This document shows, piece by piece, positions 29,551-38,702 of a DNA stretch of 64,000 nt. Source of the stretch: Candidatus Moranbacteria bacterium CG10_big_fil_rev_8_21_14_0_10_35_21 (lineage in GTDB: Bacteria > Patescibacteriota > Minisyncoccia > Moranbacterales > UBA2206); assembly GCA_002773095.1 (NCBI GenBank), contig PFCG01000018.1:25008-89007 (forward strand), in the 5' to 3' direction. Position numbers and translations under genes: made by a program. The notes under the pieces are model-generated. The model saw only the letters and a list, made by a program, of their open reading frames with translations. It was not told the origin of the DNA and made no database searches. The number at the start of each line of letters is the position of its first letter. Position 1 is the first letter of the stretch.

Positions 29551-31182
29551 ATGAAAAACCGAAAATACATTTTTGTAGTCGGGGGAGTTATGAGCGGAGT
29601 AGGGAAGGGTATTACCACATCTTCCATTGGCACTATTTTAAAAGCTCGGGGGTTTAAAGTAACCGCCTTAAAAATTGATCCATACATCAATGTTGACGCT
29701 GGCACTATGAATCCCACTGAGCATGGAGAAGTTTTTGTTTTGGATGATGGAGATGAAACCGATCAGGATATGGGAAATTATGAAAGATTTTTAAATGTTT
29801 CTTTGACCCGAGATAACTATATGACTACTGGTCGAGTCTATGAAACAGTTATTCATAATGAAAGAAATTTAAAATATGGAGGTAAATGTGTAGAAGTAGT
29901 TCCGCATATTCCATTAGAAGTTATTCACCGCATTAAAAAAGCTTCCGAAAAAGCTAAATCCGATGTCACTATTATAGAGATTGGTGGCACCGTGGGAGAA
30001 TATCAAAACATTCTTTTTTTGGAAGCGGCTCGTATGATGAAAATAAAACACCAGGAAGATACTCTTTTTGTAATGGTTAGTTATTTGCCAGTGCCCTCCA
30101 AAGTCGGTGAAATGAAAACTAAACCAACTCAATATGCCGTTCGCACCCTCAATGGAACAGGGATTCAACCAGACATAATTATCGCTCGCAGTGAAAATTT
30201 TATTGATCAAAAAAGAAAAGAAAAGATTGCGATGTTTTGCAATATCCCAGAAAAATATGTCATCTCGGCTCCAGACATTGATAGTATTTATGAAGTGCCG
30301 TTAAATTTTGAACACGATGAATTAAGCAAATTAATTCTAAAAAAACTCAATTTAAAATACAAAAAAAGCAATTTAAATGAGTGGGGAAAGTTTGTGGAAA
30401 ATTTCAAAAGTTCACGCACCGAAGTTAAAATTGGAATTGTAGGAAAATATTTTGGAACCGGGGATTTCATTTTGTCCGATGCCTATATCAGTGTAATTGA
30501 GGCCATTAAGCACGCTGCTTACAAAAATGGCTCTCGACCAAAAATAGATTGGATTAACAGTGAAACTTTTGAAAAAAATCCAGAAAAATTAGAAGATTTA
30601 AAAAGTTATGATGGGATAGTCATTCCGGGCGGTTTTGGCGGCCGAGGCATTGAAGGAAAAATTAAAACTATCCAGTTCATTCGGGAAAATAAAATACCTT
30701 TCTTGGGCTTATGCTACGGTATGCAACTAGCTGTTATTGAATTTGCTAGAAATGTTTTAAATTTAAAAGATGCTCATACGACTGAAGTAGAAAGAGAAAC
30801 AAAAAATCCAGTTATTGATATCATGCCAGAACAAAAGAAAAATTTAGAGGATCAAAATTTTGGTTCCACTATGCGCTTAGGAGCTTACCCAGCTATTCTT
30901 ACTAAAGGAACCTTGGCCTTCCGAGCTTATGGAAAAAATAGAATTTCCGAAAGACATCGCCATCGCTGGGAAGTTAATCCGGAATACATCAAGAAATTAG
31001 AAAAAGGCGGAATAATTTTTTCTGGAAAATCTCCTAATCGAAAACTAATGGAGATAATAGAGCTACCTACCGAAACTCATCCTTTTTTTCTAGCCACTCA
31101 ATTTCATCCTGAATTTAAATCCCGTCCTATAAACGCTCATCCGCTTTTTGTTGAATTTATTCGAGCTAGTTTGCAAAAATAA
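29551..31182 (+). CDS. pyrG: CTP synthase
   Basis: GGVMSGVGKG, KIDPYINVDAGTMNP.EHGEV, GLCYGMQ and QFHPEF motifs. Confidence 0.97.
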   Translation: MKNRKYIFVVGGVMSGVGKGITTSSIGTILKARGFKVTALKIDPYINVDAGTMNPTEHGEVFVLDDGDETDQDMGNYERFLNVSLTRDNYMTTGRVYETVIHNERNLKYGGKCVEVVPHIPLEVIHRIKKASEKAKSDVTIIEIGGTVGEYQNILFLEAARMMKIKHQEDTLFVMVSYLPVPSKVGEMKTKPTQYAVRTLNGTGIQPDIIIARSENFIDQKRKEKIAMFCNIPEKYVISAPDIDSIYEVPLNFEHDELSKLILKKLNLKYKKSNLNEWGKFVENFKSSRTEVKIGIVGKYFGTGDFILSDAYISVIEAIKHAAYKNGSRPKIDWINSETFEKNPEKLEDLKSYDGIVIPGGFGGRGIEGKIKTIQFIRENKIPFLGLCYGMQLAVIEFARNVLNLKDAHTTEVERETKNPVIDIMPEQKKNLEDQNFGSTMRLGAYPAILTKGTLAFRAYGKNRISERHRHRWEVNPEYIKKLEKGGIIFSGKSPNRKLMEIIELPTETHPFFLATQFHPEFKSRPINAHPLFVEFIRASLQK

Positions 31183-31215
31183 AAAACCCCCTGACGTTCA
31201 GTCGGGGGATTTTTT
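31181..31215. terminator. Bidirectional intrinsic terminator between convergent pyrG and rpmA
   Basis: A6-ccccctgac-gttca-gtcggggg-a-T6. Confidence 0.75.
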
Positions 31216-31230
31216 ATATCTTTTGAAAAA

Positions 31231-31512
31231 TTATTTAGTAGTCTCTACACTCACAAATCTGCGAGCCACTAACTTTCCAGTAAAACTTCTGACTTTCTTT
31301 AAACTAAATTTTACCAATCCTTCTTTTAAAGCAAAAAGAGTGTCGTCTTCTCCGCGCTTAACATTTTTTCCGGGATGATATTTTGTTCCTCTTTGGCGAA
31401 TAATAATTTGACCAGCCTTAACCGCCTGGTTACCAAAGATTTTTACCCCTAATCGCTTAGAAATAGAATCACGTCCTAATTGAGTTGATCCACCTGCTTT
31501 TCTATGAGCCAT
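31231..31512 (-). CDS. rpmA: 50S ribosomal protein L27
   Basis: [20 protein letters not shown] and RQRGTK motifs. Confidence 0.97.
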   Translation of the reverse strand: MAHRKAGGSTQLGRDSISKRLGVKIFGNQAVKAGQIIIRQRGTKYHPGKNVKRGEDDTLFALKEGLVKFSLKKVRSFTGKLVARRFVSVETTK

Positions 31513-31580
31513 AAAATTGAAAATTTATATTTTTTTATAACAGGATTTATTGTAGCAAATCGTGCTATAATGTCAACCAT

Positions 31581-31997
31581 ATGCTGGAAAAAATAAAAGT
31601 TTTTTGGAAGAAAATACAAGAGCAAGAAAAGCCGATTATTCTTGTAATTGCTTTTATTTTAGTTTCAGCCATTTCCTTTGAAATAGGCTTATTACAAGGC
31701 CAGAAATGGGATAGGAGCCCACTCATTATAGAGAAGTCCGCTGTAGCTCAAAATCAAGCCCAGAGGCCAGCCACTTCAGCCAGCGCTTCTGAAGCTCAAA
31801 AATCCGCCCCAGAAGCCCAAATCGCACCCACCAGCACTTCAGACTGCGCTTTCGTCGGTAGCAAAAATTCCGACAAATATCACCTGCCCACCTGCCGTTG
31901 GGCCAAACAAATTAAACCAGAAAATATTGTTTGTTTTAAATCAGGAGAAGACGCTTCCATAAAAGGCTATCAACCAGATAAAAATTGCATCAAATAA
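31581..31997 (+). CDS. Membrane-anchored protein with C-terminal Ada-like metal-binding domain
   Basis: TM helix, Ala/Ser/Pro-rich linker, then FVGSKNSDKYHLPTC...GYQP..C. Confidence 0.7.
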   Translation: MLEKIKVFWKKIQEQEKPIILVIAFILVSAISFEIGLLQGQKWDRSPLIIEKSAVAQNQAQRPATSASASEAQKSAPEAQIAPTSTSDCAFVGSKNSDKYHLPTCRWAKQIKPENIVCFKSGEDASIKGYQPDKNCIK

Positions 31998-32018
31998 TAA
32001 TTTTTAATTAAATAAAAA

Positions 32019-32722
32019 ATGACTAAAAAAACTACCATCATATCGCTCGGAGGATCGTTAATTGTTCCAGAAGAAATTGATTGGAAATTTATTGGAAATT
32101 TATCAAAAAATTTAAAAAGACCATTGAAAAATATATTCAAAAAAAACATAAATTTATTATTATCACCGGTGGGGGAAGGATAGCCAGAAAATATGCCGAA
32201 GCTGCTAAAAAAATATACAAAATAGATGACGAGGATAAGGATTGGCTGGGCATTCACGCTACTCGAATGAACGCTCATTTCATCCGGACTATTTTCAAGA
32301 AAGAGGCTCACCCGCGAATTAATAAAAACCCTAACGACTTGGAAGATTTCTATAATTTCAAAGAAAATATTTTAGTAGCTGCTGGTTGGCGTCCGGGCTT
32401 TTCCACAGATTATGATGCCGTTCTTCTGGCCAAATATCTGGGCATAAAAAATATAGTTAATTTTTCTAACGTCAACTACGTCTACACTAAAGATCCCAAG
32501 AAATTTCCAAAGGCTAAAAAAATAAAATCCATCACCTGGAAGGATTTTAGGAAAATTGTCGGTACCAAATGGAAGCCTGGAATGAATATGCCTTTCGACC
32601 CCATTGATTCAAAACTAGCCGAAGAAGAGGATATCACCGTGGCGATTATGAATGGAAAAAATATGAATAATTTAGAAAATTATTTAGATGACAAGACTTT
32701 CAAGGGGACAATTATAAGCTAA
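32019..32722 (+). pseudogene. pyrH: Archaeal-type UMP kinase frameshifted by an 11-bp tandem duplication
   Basis: ATG 32019 reads MTKKTTIISLGGSLIVPEEIDWKFI; attggaaattt is duplicated at 32080-32101. The downstream frame has GGGRIAR, DWLGIHATRMNA, PGFSTD and PFDP. Confidence 0.85.
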
Positions 32723-32731
32723 CAAAAAAAA

Positions 32732-33856
32732 TTATTTTTTCTTCACAATCAGCGCTTTGGATTCTTTATTAACTACTTTGGCCTTTTCCACTTCTTTTTT
32801 TTGCGCGAAAGGAAGCGAATCTAAAATATTTTTAAGAGCAACGCCATCCACTTTTAAAACTTCTTCCCACTTATCCAAGGGCTCCAAAATTTCTCGGAGT
32901 TTTTTTTCGTCGTATTTATAGGTTTTTCTTAATGACCGAGCAATCACGCCTTTTTTTCCAAAAACCCTTTCTACCCCTTCTTGATCCATATATTGCATAA
33001 TGGCTTCCTGTAATTGCTTCAATCGGTCTTTGGTAATGGTAACCGCCGATCTAAGTTCTACGAATTCTTGAATGGCCTGATTAATTTCTTCCGTATCAAT
33101 ATGGCGCAATTCTTTGAATTTATGCTTCCACATCGGACAAAGATTTTGATAACCACACCAATCACAAAGAGGAGAGATGCTTGGTTCAAATTTTCCGGTT
33201 TCAATAATTTTTATCGTATCTAAAAATAATTGTTCGCTTTTATCCAGTTGCTCTTTGGTGCGTTTGGCAGAAAGTTTTACACCATGTTTTAAAAAATATA
33301 AACTTACGGTTATTTTGTCTAAATTATTTATTTCCTTGGGATAGCGCGAAAGAAAAGCCCTCAAATAAACCGACAACTGCAAATCATTATCCACCTTGTC
33401 TTGAGTAGGCATTTTTTTGGTAGTTTTGTAATCTATAATTTCATATCCTTCTTCGGTCTTATCAATCCGGTCAATAATGCCAGAAATAGTATGCGAATCT
33501 CCTTCCGGACCGATTTCAAACTGAAAGCGCGACTCCAAATCAACAATGTTGAAATCAGTTGGATTATTTTTCTTATAATATTCCTGAATTATTTTTATCC
33601 CTTGAGAAAAAGCACCTCGTTCTTCATCTGGATTTTCAAAAACCGCCGGATTCCAAGCATTGGCAAAATGTTCCATAGCTTGATCCAGAGTAGGGGAGAG
33701 GATGCTGGGAGTTTGAATAAATTTCATAGTATCGTGAATGACCGAACCAAAAACCGCCTCCTTAGATTTAGGAGTTTTGATTCTATCAATTACTTGAAAT
33801 TTATATTTCAGTGGACAGATTAAATAAGTGTCCAATGATGAATATGAAATACGCAT
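32732..33856 (-). CDS. PD-(D/E)XK nuclease, RecB/AddB/Cas4-like, with four-Cys Fe-S staple
   Basis: SYSSL...CP at the N-terminus, GIIDRID, IIDYKT, QLSVY and CDWC....LCP. Confidence 0.85.
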   Translation of the reverse strand: MRISYSSLDTYLICPLKYKFQVIDRIKTPKSKEAVFGSVIHDTMKFIQTPSILSPTLDQAMEHFANAWNPAVFENPDEERGAFSQGIKIIQEYYKKNNPTDFNIVDLESRFQFEIGPEGDSHTISGIIDRIDKTEEGYEIIDYKTTKKMPTQDKVDNDLQLSVYLRAFLSRYPKEINNLDKITVSLYFLKHGVKLSAKRTKEQLDKSEQLFLDTIKIIETGKFEPSISPLCDWCGYQNLCPMWKHKFKELRHIDTEEINQAIQEFVELRSAVTITKDRLKQLQEAIMQYMDQEGVERVFGKKGVIARSLRKTYKYDEKKLREILEPLDKWEEVLKVDGVALKNILDSLPFAQKKEVEKAKVVNKESKALIVKKK

Positions 33857-33902
33857 AGCTTAATCTTAGCAAATTTATAGAAAGAAACAAAATTATTCGC
33901 AC

Positions 33903-33931
33903 TTGACATGATTTCCATAATTTTCTATAAT
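33903..33931 (+). promoter_or_regulatory. Consensus sigma70 promoter of the Fe-S operon
   Basis: TTGACA-17 bp-TATAAT. Confidence 0.8.
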
Positions 33932-33938
33932 TCTAATG

Positions 33939-33955
33939 CATACTAAATTAGTATG
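33939..33955. promoter_or_regulatory. Putative Rrf2/IscR operator
   Basis: CATACTAA-A-TTAGTATG palindrome at the predicted transcription start; its ACTAAATTAGT core resembles IscR type-1 sites. Confidence 0.6.
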
Positions 33956-33978
33956 AATAACAATTAAAATAATAAGTT

Positions 33979-34521
33979 ATGTCAAAACCTTCCCAAGTCC
34001 TAATGGATGAGCATGTTTATATTCTTAAAGTCATAGGGGCATTGAATCATGAGTGTCATGCTCTTTCTGCTAAAAAGCCTCTCAATAAAAAATTCTTTTC
34101 CGATTCCATTGATTTCATTCGTAATTTCGCAGATAAATTTCATCACGCTAAGGAAGAAAAAATTTTTTTCGTAGAATTTTATAATAATGCGCACAAGGCT
34201 CATTGTAATCCGGTGGATCAGATGTTAGTGGAGCATGATATGGGGAGGGGATACGTGAAAGGGTTAGCGGAAGCATTGGAAGCGGAAAACATGAGAGAGA
34301 TTATAGATAACTCTTTGCTTTATGCTAATTTACTAAAAGAACATATTTTTAAAGAAGATAGTATCCTTTACCCTATGGCAGACGAACTTTTTGATCAAAA
34401 AACACAGGATGAAATAGCAGAGAAATTTTCTAAGGTTGAGAAGGAGGAATTTGGAGAGGAATTTATAAATAAATACCTGGCTTTTGCTGAGGAAGCAGAA
34501 AAAAGAAAAAATAAAAATTAA
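33979..34521 (+). CDS. Hemerythrin/HHE domain protein
   Basis: LMDEH, HHAKEE, MLVEHD and EHIFKED..LYPM motifs. Confidence 0.88.
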   Translation: MSKPSQVLMDEHVYILKVIGALNHECHALSAKKPLNKKFFSDSIDFIRNFADKFHHAKEEKIFFVEFYNNAHKAHCNPVDQMLVEHDMGRGYVKGLAEALEAENMREIIDNSLLYANLLKEHIFKEDSILYPMADELFDQKTQDEIAEKFSKVEKEEFGEEFINKYLAFAEEAEKRKNKN

Positions 34522-34532
34522 TCAACAAAAAT

Positions 34533-34835
34533 ATGCATCAAGAACTCAAAAAATTAATAGAATATCCCTCCAGCGGAATCCTAAGTAAGGAAATCGATAA
34601 GAACGAAAAAGTAGAAATTTCCCTATTTTGTATGGCTAAGGGAACGGACCTTTCAGAACACACCTCTACTCGCGAAGGGCTTGTGGTAGTGTTGGATGGT
34701 GAAGGAGAATTTATTTTGGAAGGAAAAAATATTAAAATGACACCGGGAGTACTTATTCATATGCAGGCTAATGCTGTTCATTCCCTTAAGGCTCAAGAAA
34801 AAAATACAGCTTTTTTGCTTATATTATTCAACTAA
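34533..34835 (+). CDS. Cupin domain protein
   Basis: LSEHTS, VLDGEG and MQANAVHSLKA motifs. Confidence 0.85.
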   Translation: MHQELKKLIEYPSSGILSKEIDKNEKVEISLFCMAKGTDLSEHTSTREGLVVVLDGEGEFILEGKNIKMTPGVLIHMQANAVHSLKAQEKNTAFLLILFN

Positions 34836-34839
34836 AAAT

Positions 34840-35232
34840 ATGAAATTTTCTACCCGCGCTGAATATGGTTTAAAAGCGATGGCTAATTTGGCTGGATCTT
34901 TTCCGGAAAGAAAAAATTTAAAATCTATTTCGCTGGAAGAAAGACTTTCTATAAAATATCTGGAAGGATTAATTGGTAATCTTCGCCGACAAGGATTGGT
35001 CAAGAGTTTTAAGGGGAAAAAAGGTGGCTATGTTCTAAGTCGAGATCCCAAAAGTATTAGAGTAGGCGAGATAGTGGAAATTTTGGAGGGTCCTATCGCG
35101 CCTATGAAATGCTATGATAAGTTTTGTGCCATGAAAAACAATTGTTCTTCCAGTTTGGTTTGGGATAAATTGGGTACTCAAATCCGAAAAACTTTATATG
35201 CTATTAAACTAAATGAAATTATTAAGAAATAA
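34840..35232 (+). CDS. Rrf2-family transcriptional regulator (IscR-like, three Cys)
   Basis: MKFSTRAEYGL, GLVKS.KG..GGY and C-x4-C-x5-C motifs. Start moved to ATG 34840. Confidence 0.9.
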   Translation: MKFSTRAEYGLKAMANLAGSFPERKNLKSISLEERLSIKYLEGLIGNLRRQGLVKSFKGKKGGYVLSRDPKSIRVGEIVEILEGPIAPMKCYDKFCAMKNNCSSSLVWDKLGTQIRKTLYAIKLNEIIKK

Positions 35233-35234
35233 TT

Positions 35235-36485
35235 ATGCCTAAGAAAAAAATATATTTAGATTACGCAGCCACTACCCCAGTATCCAAAGAAGTGTTGAAA
35301 GAAATGCTACCGTTTTTTTCTGAAAAATTCGGTAATGCGATGTCAGTTCATTCTTTCGGACAAGAAGCTTTGGAAGCAGTGGATTTGGCTCGCGAACGAG
35401 TAGCTAATTTTTTTGGCGCTCAAATAGGAGAGATTATCTTTGCTAGCGGAGCCACAGAGGCTAATAATTTAGCTATTAAGGGCTTAATAAAGTCTTATTA
35501 TGCCGATCCAAAGAATAAAATTAAACCTCATATTATTACCACAATTTTTGAACATCATTGTGTTCTAAATGCTTGCAAAGCAGTAGAAAAAGAAAATTTA
35601 GCTGAAATAACTTATCTGCCAATCGGAAAAGACGGAATAATCAATCCAACGCAATTGAAGAAGGCTATTAAGAAAAATACTATTTTGATTTCCGTAATGT
35701 ATGTCAATAATGAAATTGGCACAGTTCAACCAATTGAAACTATTGGAAAAATTATTCAAAAAATTCGCCAGTCCAAAACGGAAGGAAAAACTTTATACCC
35801 GCTATTCCACACCGATGCCGCTCAAGCGATAAATTATTTTGATTGTGATGTTAAAAAATTGGGAGTAGATTTACTTTCAATGTCAGCTCATAAAATTTAC
35901 GGACCCAAAGGCGTAGGAGTTTTATATATAAAGAAAGGCACTCCTATCAAACATATTCAGGATGGCGGAGATCAGGAATTTAAAATGCGCGCTGGAACAC
36001 ATAATGTGCCGGGTATCGTTGGGTTAGGAAAAGCGATTGAATTAATAAACTCGCAACTTGCAACCTTGCCTACCGGCAGGCAGGCTCGCAACTCGCAACG
36101 AATTTTAAAGTTAAGAAATTATTTAATTAAAAAAGTTTTAAAAGAAATTTCCAAAGCATATCTTAATGGATCTAAAATAAAAAGATCTCCCAACAACGCC
36201 AGCTTCCGATTTGATAATGTGGAAGGGGAGGGACTTTTACTTTCTTTGGACATTGAAGGTATCGCGGTGTCTACTGGATCGGCTTGTTCATCTGGAGCCC
36301 TGGAACCATCGCACGTTCTTTTGGCGCTTGGATTAAAACATGAACAAGCCCATGGTAGTCTACGCGTTACGCTCGGAAAAGAAACCACCAAAAAAGAAAT
36401 AGATTTTTTTATAAAAAAATTAAAAGAAATCATTCAGCGTTTGCGAAAAATTTCTGGGGGAGTTTTAAAGGATTTTAATTCATAA
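35235..36485 (+). CDS. iscS: Cysteine desulfurase (IscS/NifS)
   Basis: IYLDYAATTP, HTDAAQ, SAHKIYGPKGVG and STGSACSS motifs. Confidence 0.93.
   Translation: MPKKKIYLDYAATTPVSKEVLKEMLPFFSEKFGNAMSVHSFGQEALEAVDLARERVANFFGAQIGEIIFASGATEANNLAIKGLIKSYYADPKNKIKPHIITTIFEHHCVLNACKAVEKENLAEITYLPIGKDGIINPTQLKKAIKKNTILISVMYVNNEIGTVQPIETIGKIIQKIRQSKTEGKTLYPLFHTDAAQAINYFDCDVKKLGVDLLSMSAHKIYGPKGVGVLYIKKGTPIKHIQDGGDQEFKMRAGTHNVPGIVGLGKAIELINSQLATLPTGRQARNSQRILKLRNYLIKKVLKEISKAYLNGSKIKRSPNNASFRFDNVEGEGLLLSLDIEGIAVSTGSACSSGALEPSHVLLALGLKHEQAHGSLRVTLGKETTKKEIDFFIKKLKEIIQRLRKISGGVLKDFNS
36048..36099. repeat. In-frame insertion: CTCGCAA heptamers enclosing a CCTGCCT...AGGCAGG-type palindrome
   Basis: aactcgcaacttgcaa-ccttgcctaccggcaggcagg-ctcgcaactcgcaac, encoding NSQLATLPTGRQARNSQ. 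Confidence 0.75.
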
Positions 36486-36509
36486 TTTTATAAATTTTTA
36501 TATACATAT

Positions 36510-36905
36510 ATGCCATTAAAATATTCAAAAAAAGTTCTAGAACATTTTACTCGACCTCATAATCAAGGTTCTATGAAAAAAGCGGACGCAACAGTCACCG
36601 TAGGTAATCCTAAATGCGGAGATTTAATGCGTTTCTATCTTAAAGTTGGAATCAATACTAAAGGTCAAGAAATCATAAAAGACCTCAAATTTGAGACTCT
36701 AGGGTGTGGAGCGGCCATTGCAACCTCATCTATGGCTACGGAATTAGCTAAAGGCAAGACATTAGATGAAGCGATGAAAATTTCTAAAGATCAAATTGCT
36801 AAAGAACTGGGCGGATTACCGAAAGTTAAAATGCATTGCAGTATGCTGGCAGATGAGGGACTAAGGAGGGCTATAGAAGAGTATCGAAAAGCAAAAAATA
36901 AATAA
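36510..36905 (+). CDS. iscU: Fe-S cluster scaffold IscU/NifU-N
   Basis: YSKKVLEHF..PHN.G, GNPKCGD, GCGAAIATSS and KMHCS motifs. Confidence 0.93.
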   Translation: MPLKYSKKVLEHFTRPHNQGSMKKADATVTVGNPKCGDLMRFYLKVGINTKGQEIIKDLKFETLGCGAAIATSSMATELAKGKTLDEAMKISKDQIAKELGGLPKVKMHCSMLADEGLRRAIEEYRKAKNK

Positions 36906-37235
36906 ATTAAAAAACACTTCTTTTTTAAATTCAGCAGGCTAGAGTAGAGTGGCTAAAAATAGGTGTTTTCTCTTGTTTGATGATGTCGCACAATATATCT
37001 TTCGCGACAGCGTCCATAGAATAAGAAATTACATCTGGGATTAACTTAAACAACTTTTATATTATTATATTATATACCATCATCCCCTTTTATATTTCTA
37101 TTAAATAAAAAACTCTGCCATCAACAGACTCTGTTATATAATTTAAATTTATTTTTTCTTTTTACTTTTTTATTTTTAACTTTCTACTTTTAACTTTTAA
37201 CTTTCCTATATCCCTCCCCCACCGATAGTCCTCAT

Positions 37236-37298
37236 CCCGCACTAACTTTTGGAATAATTTCGAACCGCATAGCGGTTCATCCAAAAGTTAGTACGGGG
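37236..37298. repeat. Long hairpin element (CCCGCAC...GTACGGGG) at the stop of the M23 gene; may act as a terminator
   Basis: cccgcactaacttttgga / tccaaaagttagtacggg (17 of 18 match), with an inner gaaccgc/gcggttc hairpin. A TTTTAAC-type heptamer run lies at about 37160-37203. Confidence 0.75.
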
Positions 37299-38534
37299 TT
37301 ATTTCAAATACCATCTCGGATTAACCGGATATCCAATGGGAATATAAAGACCGCTCACATATTTTGATTTGGCTACTTCAAAACTTTTGGCTGAAAAAAC
37401 GGAAAAATGAACATGTGGTCCGGTAGAATTTCCGGTATTTCCGGAAAGGGCAATTTTTTCTCCACCTTTTACGCTCTCACCTTTAGAAACTAATTGCTTG
37501 CTCAAATGGCCATACAAAGTCACTAAGCCATCTCCATGGTCAATGGCTATCCATTTTCCATAAGCATAGCGACCATTATTTCCCGATCCAATAATTTTGC
37601 CTGTGCGAGCGGCAAAAACATTACTCCCACTGCTAATACCAAAATCTATTCCGTTATGGGGGTTGCCTCCATAGGCACCTTTTTTAGCGTAGGAAGTCAT
37701 GCCATATTTTTGAGTGACCCTCACTGAAGCTACTGGATAATCCAGATATCCGTCTTTGGCCGGAGGTAAATTGGCATAATTAATCGTTTTTCCAGATTCC
37801 AAATCATAAATTTCGTCTTCAATCTTGTCTAGAAGATCTTCATATTTTTTTCTTTCCGATATGGTTTGCCCCAACAACTCTTGCTTTTTATTTTCCGTAT
37901 ATTGTAATTCATTTTTTTTAACCGCTAAATTACTTTTTATTCTCTCGTGCTCTTTCTTTTTTTCATCCAATTTATTTTTTTGGTTTTCTAATTCAGCTTT
38001 ATCATTTTTTATGGTTCCCAAAATATCTTTTAATTTTAAGCTAGACTGCTCTACATAGTCAGGATCGCTAAGAATTTCGGAAAAATCTTCATTGGCTAAA
38101 ACTATGCCCAGAATCCCACTTTGATCATATTCATAATAAGCCTGCATCATAATAGATAAAAAGGCCTTGCTTTTGACAATTTCTTTTTCCTGGACCGATA
38201 TTTTTTCGGTTAAATCTTGAATTTGATCATCTAGATTAAGCACTGTCCTTTGGGCTATTGTAAGCTCCGTTTGATTTCTCGCTTGTTCCTGATCTAATAC
38301 TACTAATTGTTTGTCTAGAGTTTTTTTTTGATTTATTTTAAGATCAATAATGTCTTCATAAGTTTTCTTTATTTCTTGTTTTAAACATAATTTTTTTTCT
38401 TCTTCATTTAATTTATTGCATTTAGAACTAGCTAATAAAATCTTTTCGTTAGTTATAAATGTTAAAAACATCAACAAAAAAACCAACCAAATCTTTTTCG
38501 TTAATTTTTTTCCTATTTTTTTATTTTTTTTCAC
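37299..38534 (-). CDS. M23 family peptidase with long coiled coil (EnvC/CwlO-like)
   Basis: HNGID, YGHLS and STGPHVHF motifs; coiled coil; N-terminal hydrophobic segment. Start uncertain (GTG 38534 chosen). Confidence 0.85.
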   Translation of the reverse strand: MKKNKKIGKKLTKKIWLVFLLMFLTFITNEKILLASSKCNKLNEEEKKLCLKQEIKKTYEDIIDLKINQKKTLDKQLVVLDQEQARNQTELTIAQRTVLNLDDQIQDLTEKISVQEKEIVKSKAFLSIMMQAYYEYDQSGILGIVLANEDFSEILSDPDYVEQSSLKLKDILGTIKNDKAELENQKNKLDEKKKEHERIKSNLAVKKNELQYTENKKQELLGQTISERKKYEDLLDKIEDEIYDLESGKTINYANLPPAKDGYLDYPVASVRVTQKYGMTSYAKKGAYGGNPHNGIDFGISSGSNVFAARTGKIIGSGNNGRYAYGKWIAIDHGDGLVTLYGHLSKQLVSKGESVKGGEKIALSGNTGNSTGPHVHFSVFSAKSFEVAKSKYVSGLYIPIGYPVNPRWYLK

Positions 38535-38598
38535 AATAAAATGAATTAACTGCTGATAATCTCCCTGTGTTTTATTTAAACTATAAATCGTTATTTTT

Positions 38599-38671
38599 GT
38601 CATCCCGAACTTGTTTCGGGATCTCAGATTATTTTCAGAATTGCCTAGATACTGAAACAAGTTCAGTATGA
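38599..38671. repeat. Paired palindromic element (GTCATCCCGAAC...GGGATCT / AGATACTGAA...TTCAGTATGA)
   Basis: Two inverted hairpin units about 20 bp apart, intergenic downstream of gltX. Confidence 0.8.
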
Positions 38672-38702
38672 GACAATCTTCATTTAATTATAACACTACG
38701 AA

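Noticed and set aside
32732-33856. Cas4-like nuclease as evidence of a CRISPR system
   Set aside because: No cas1/cas2 or array in the window; solo PD-(D/E)XK Fe-S nucleases are common.
36906-37150. Possible ncRNA or small gene downstream of iscU
   Set aside because: Only weak stems and no convincing ORF, promoter-terminator pair or known RNA motif by eye.
38535-38660. N-terminal extension of the M23 ORF (MFQYLGNSENNLRSRNKFGMT...)
   Set aside because: It translates the intergenic palindromic element; the signal-like segment begins further downstream.
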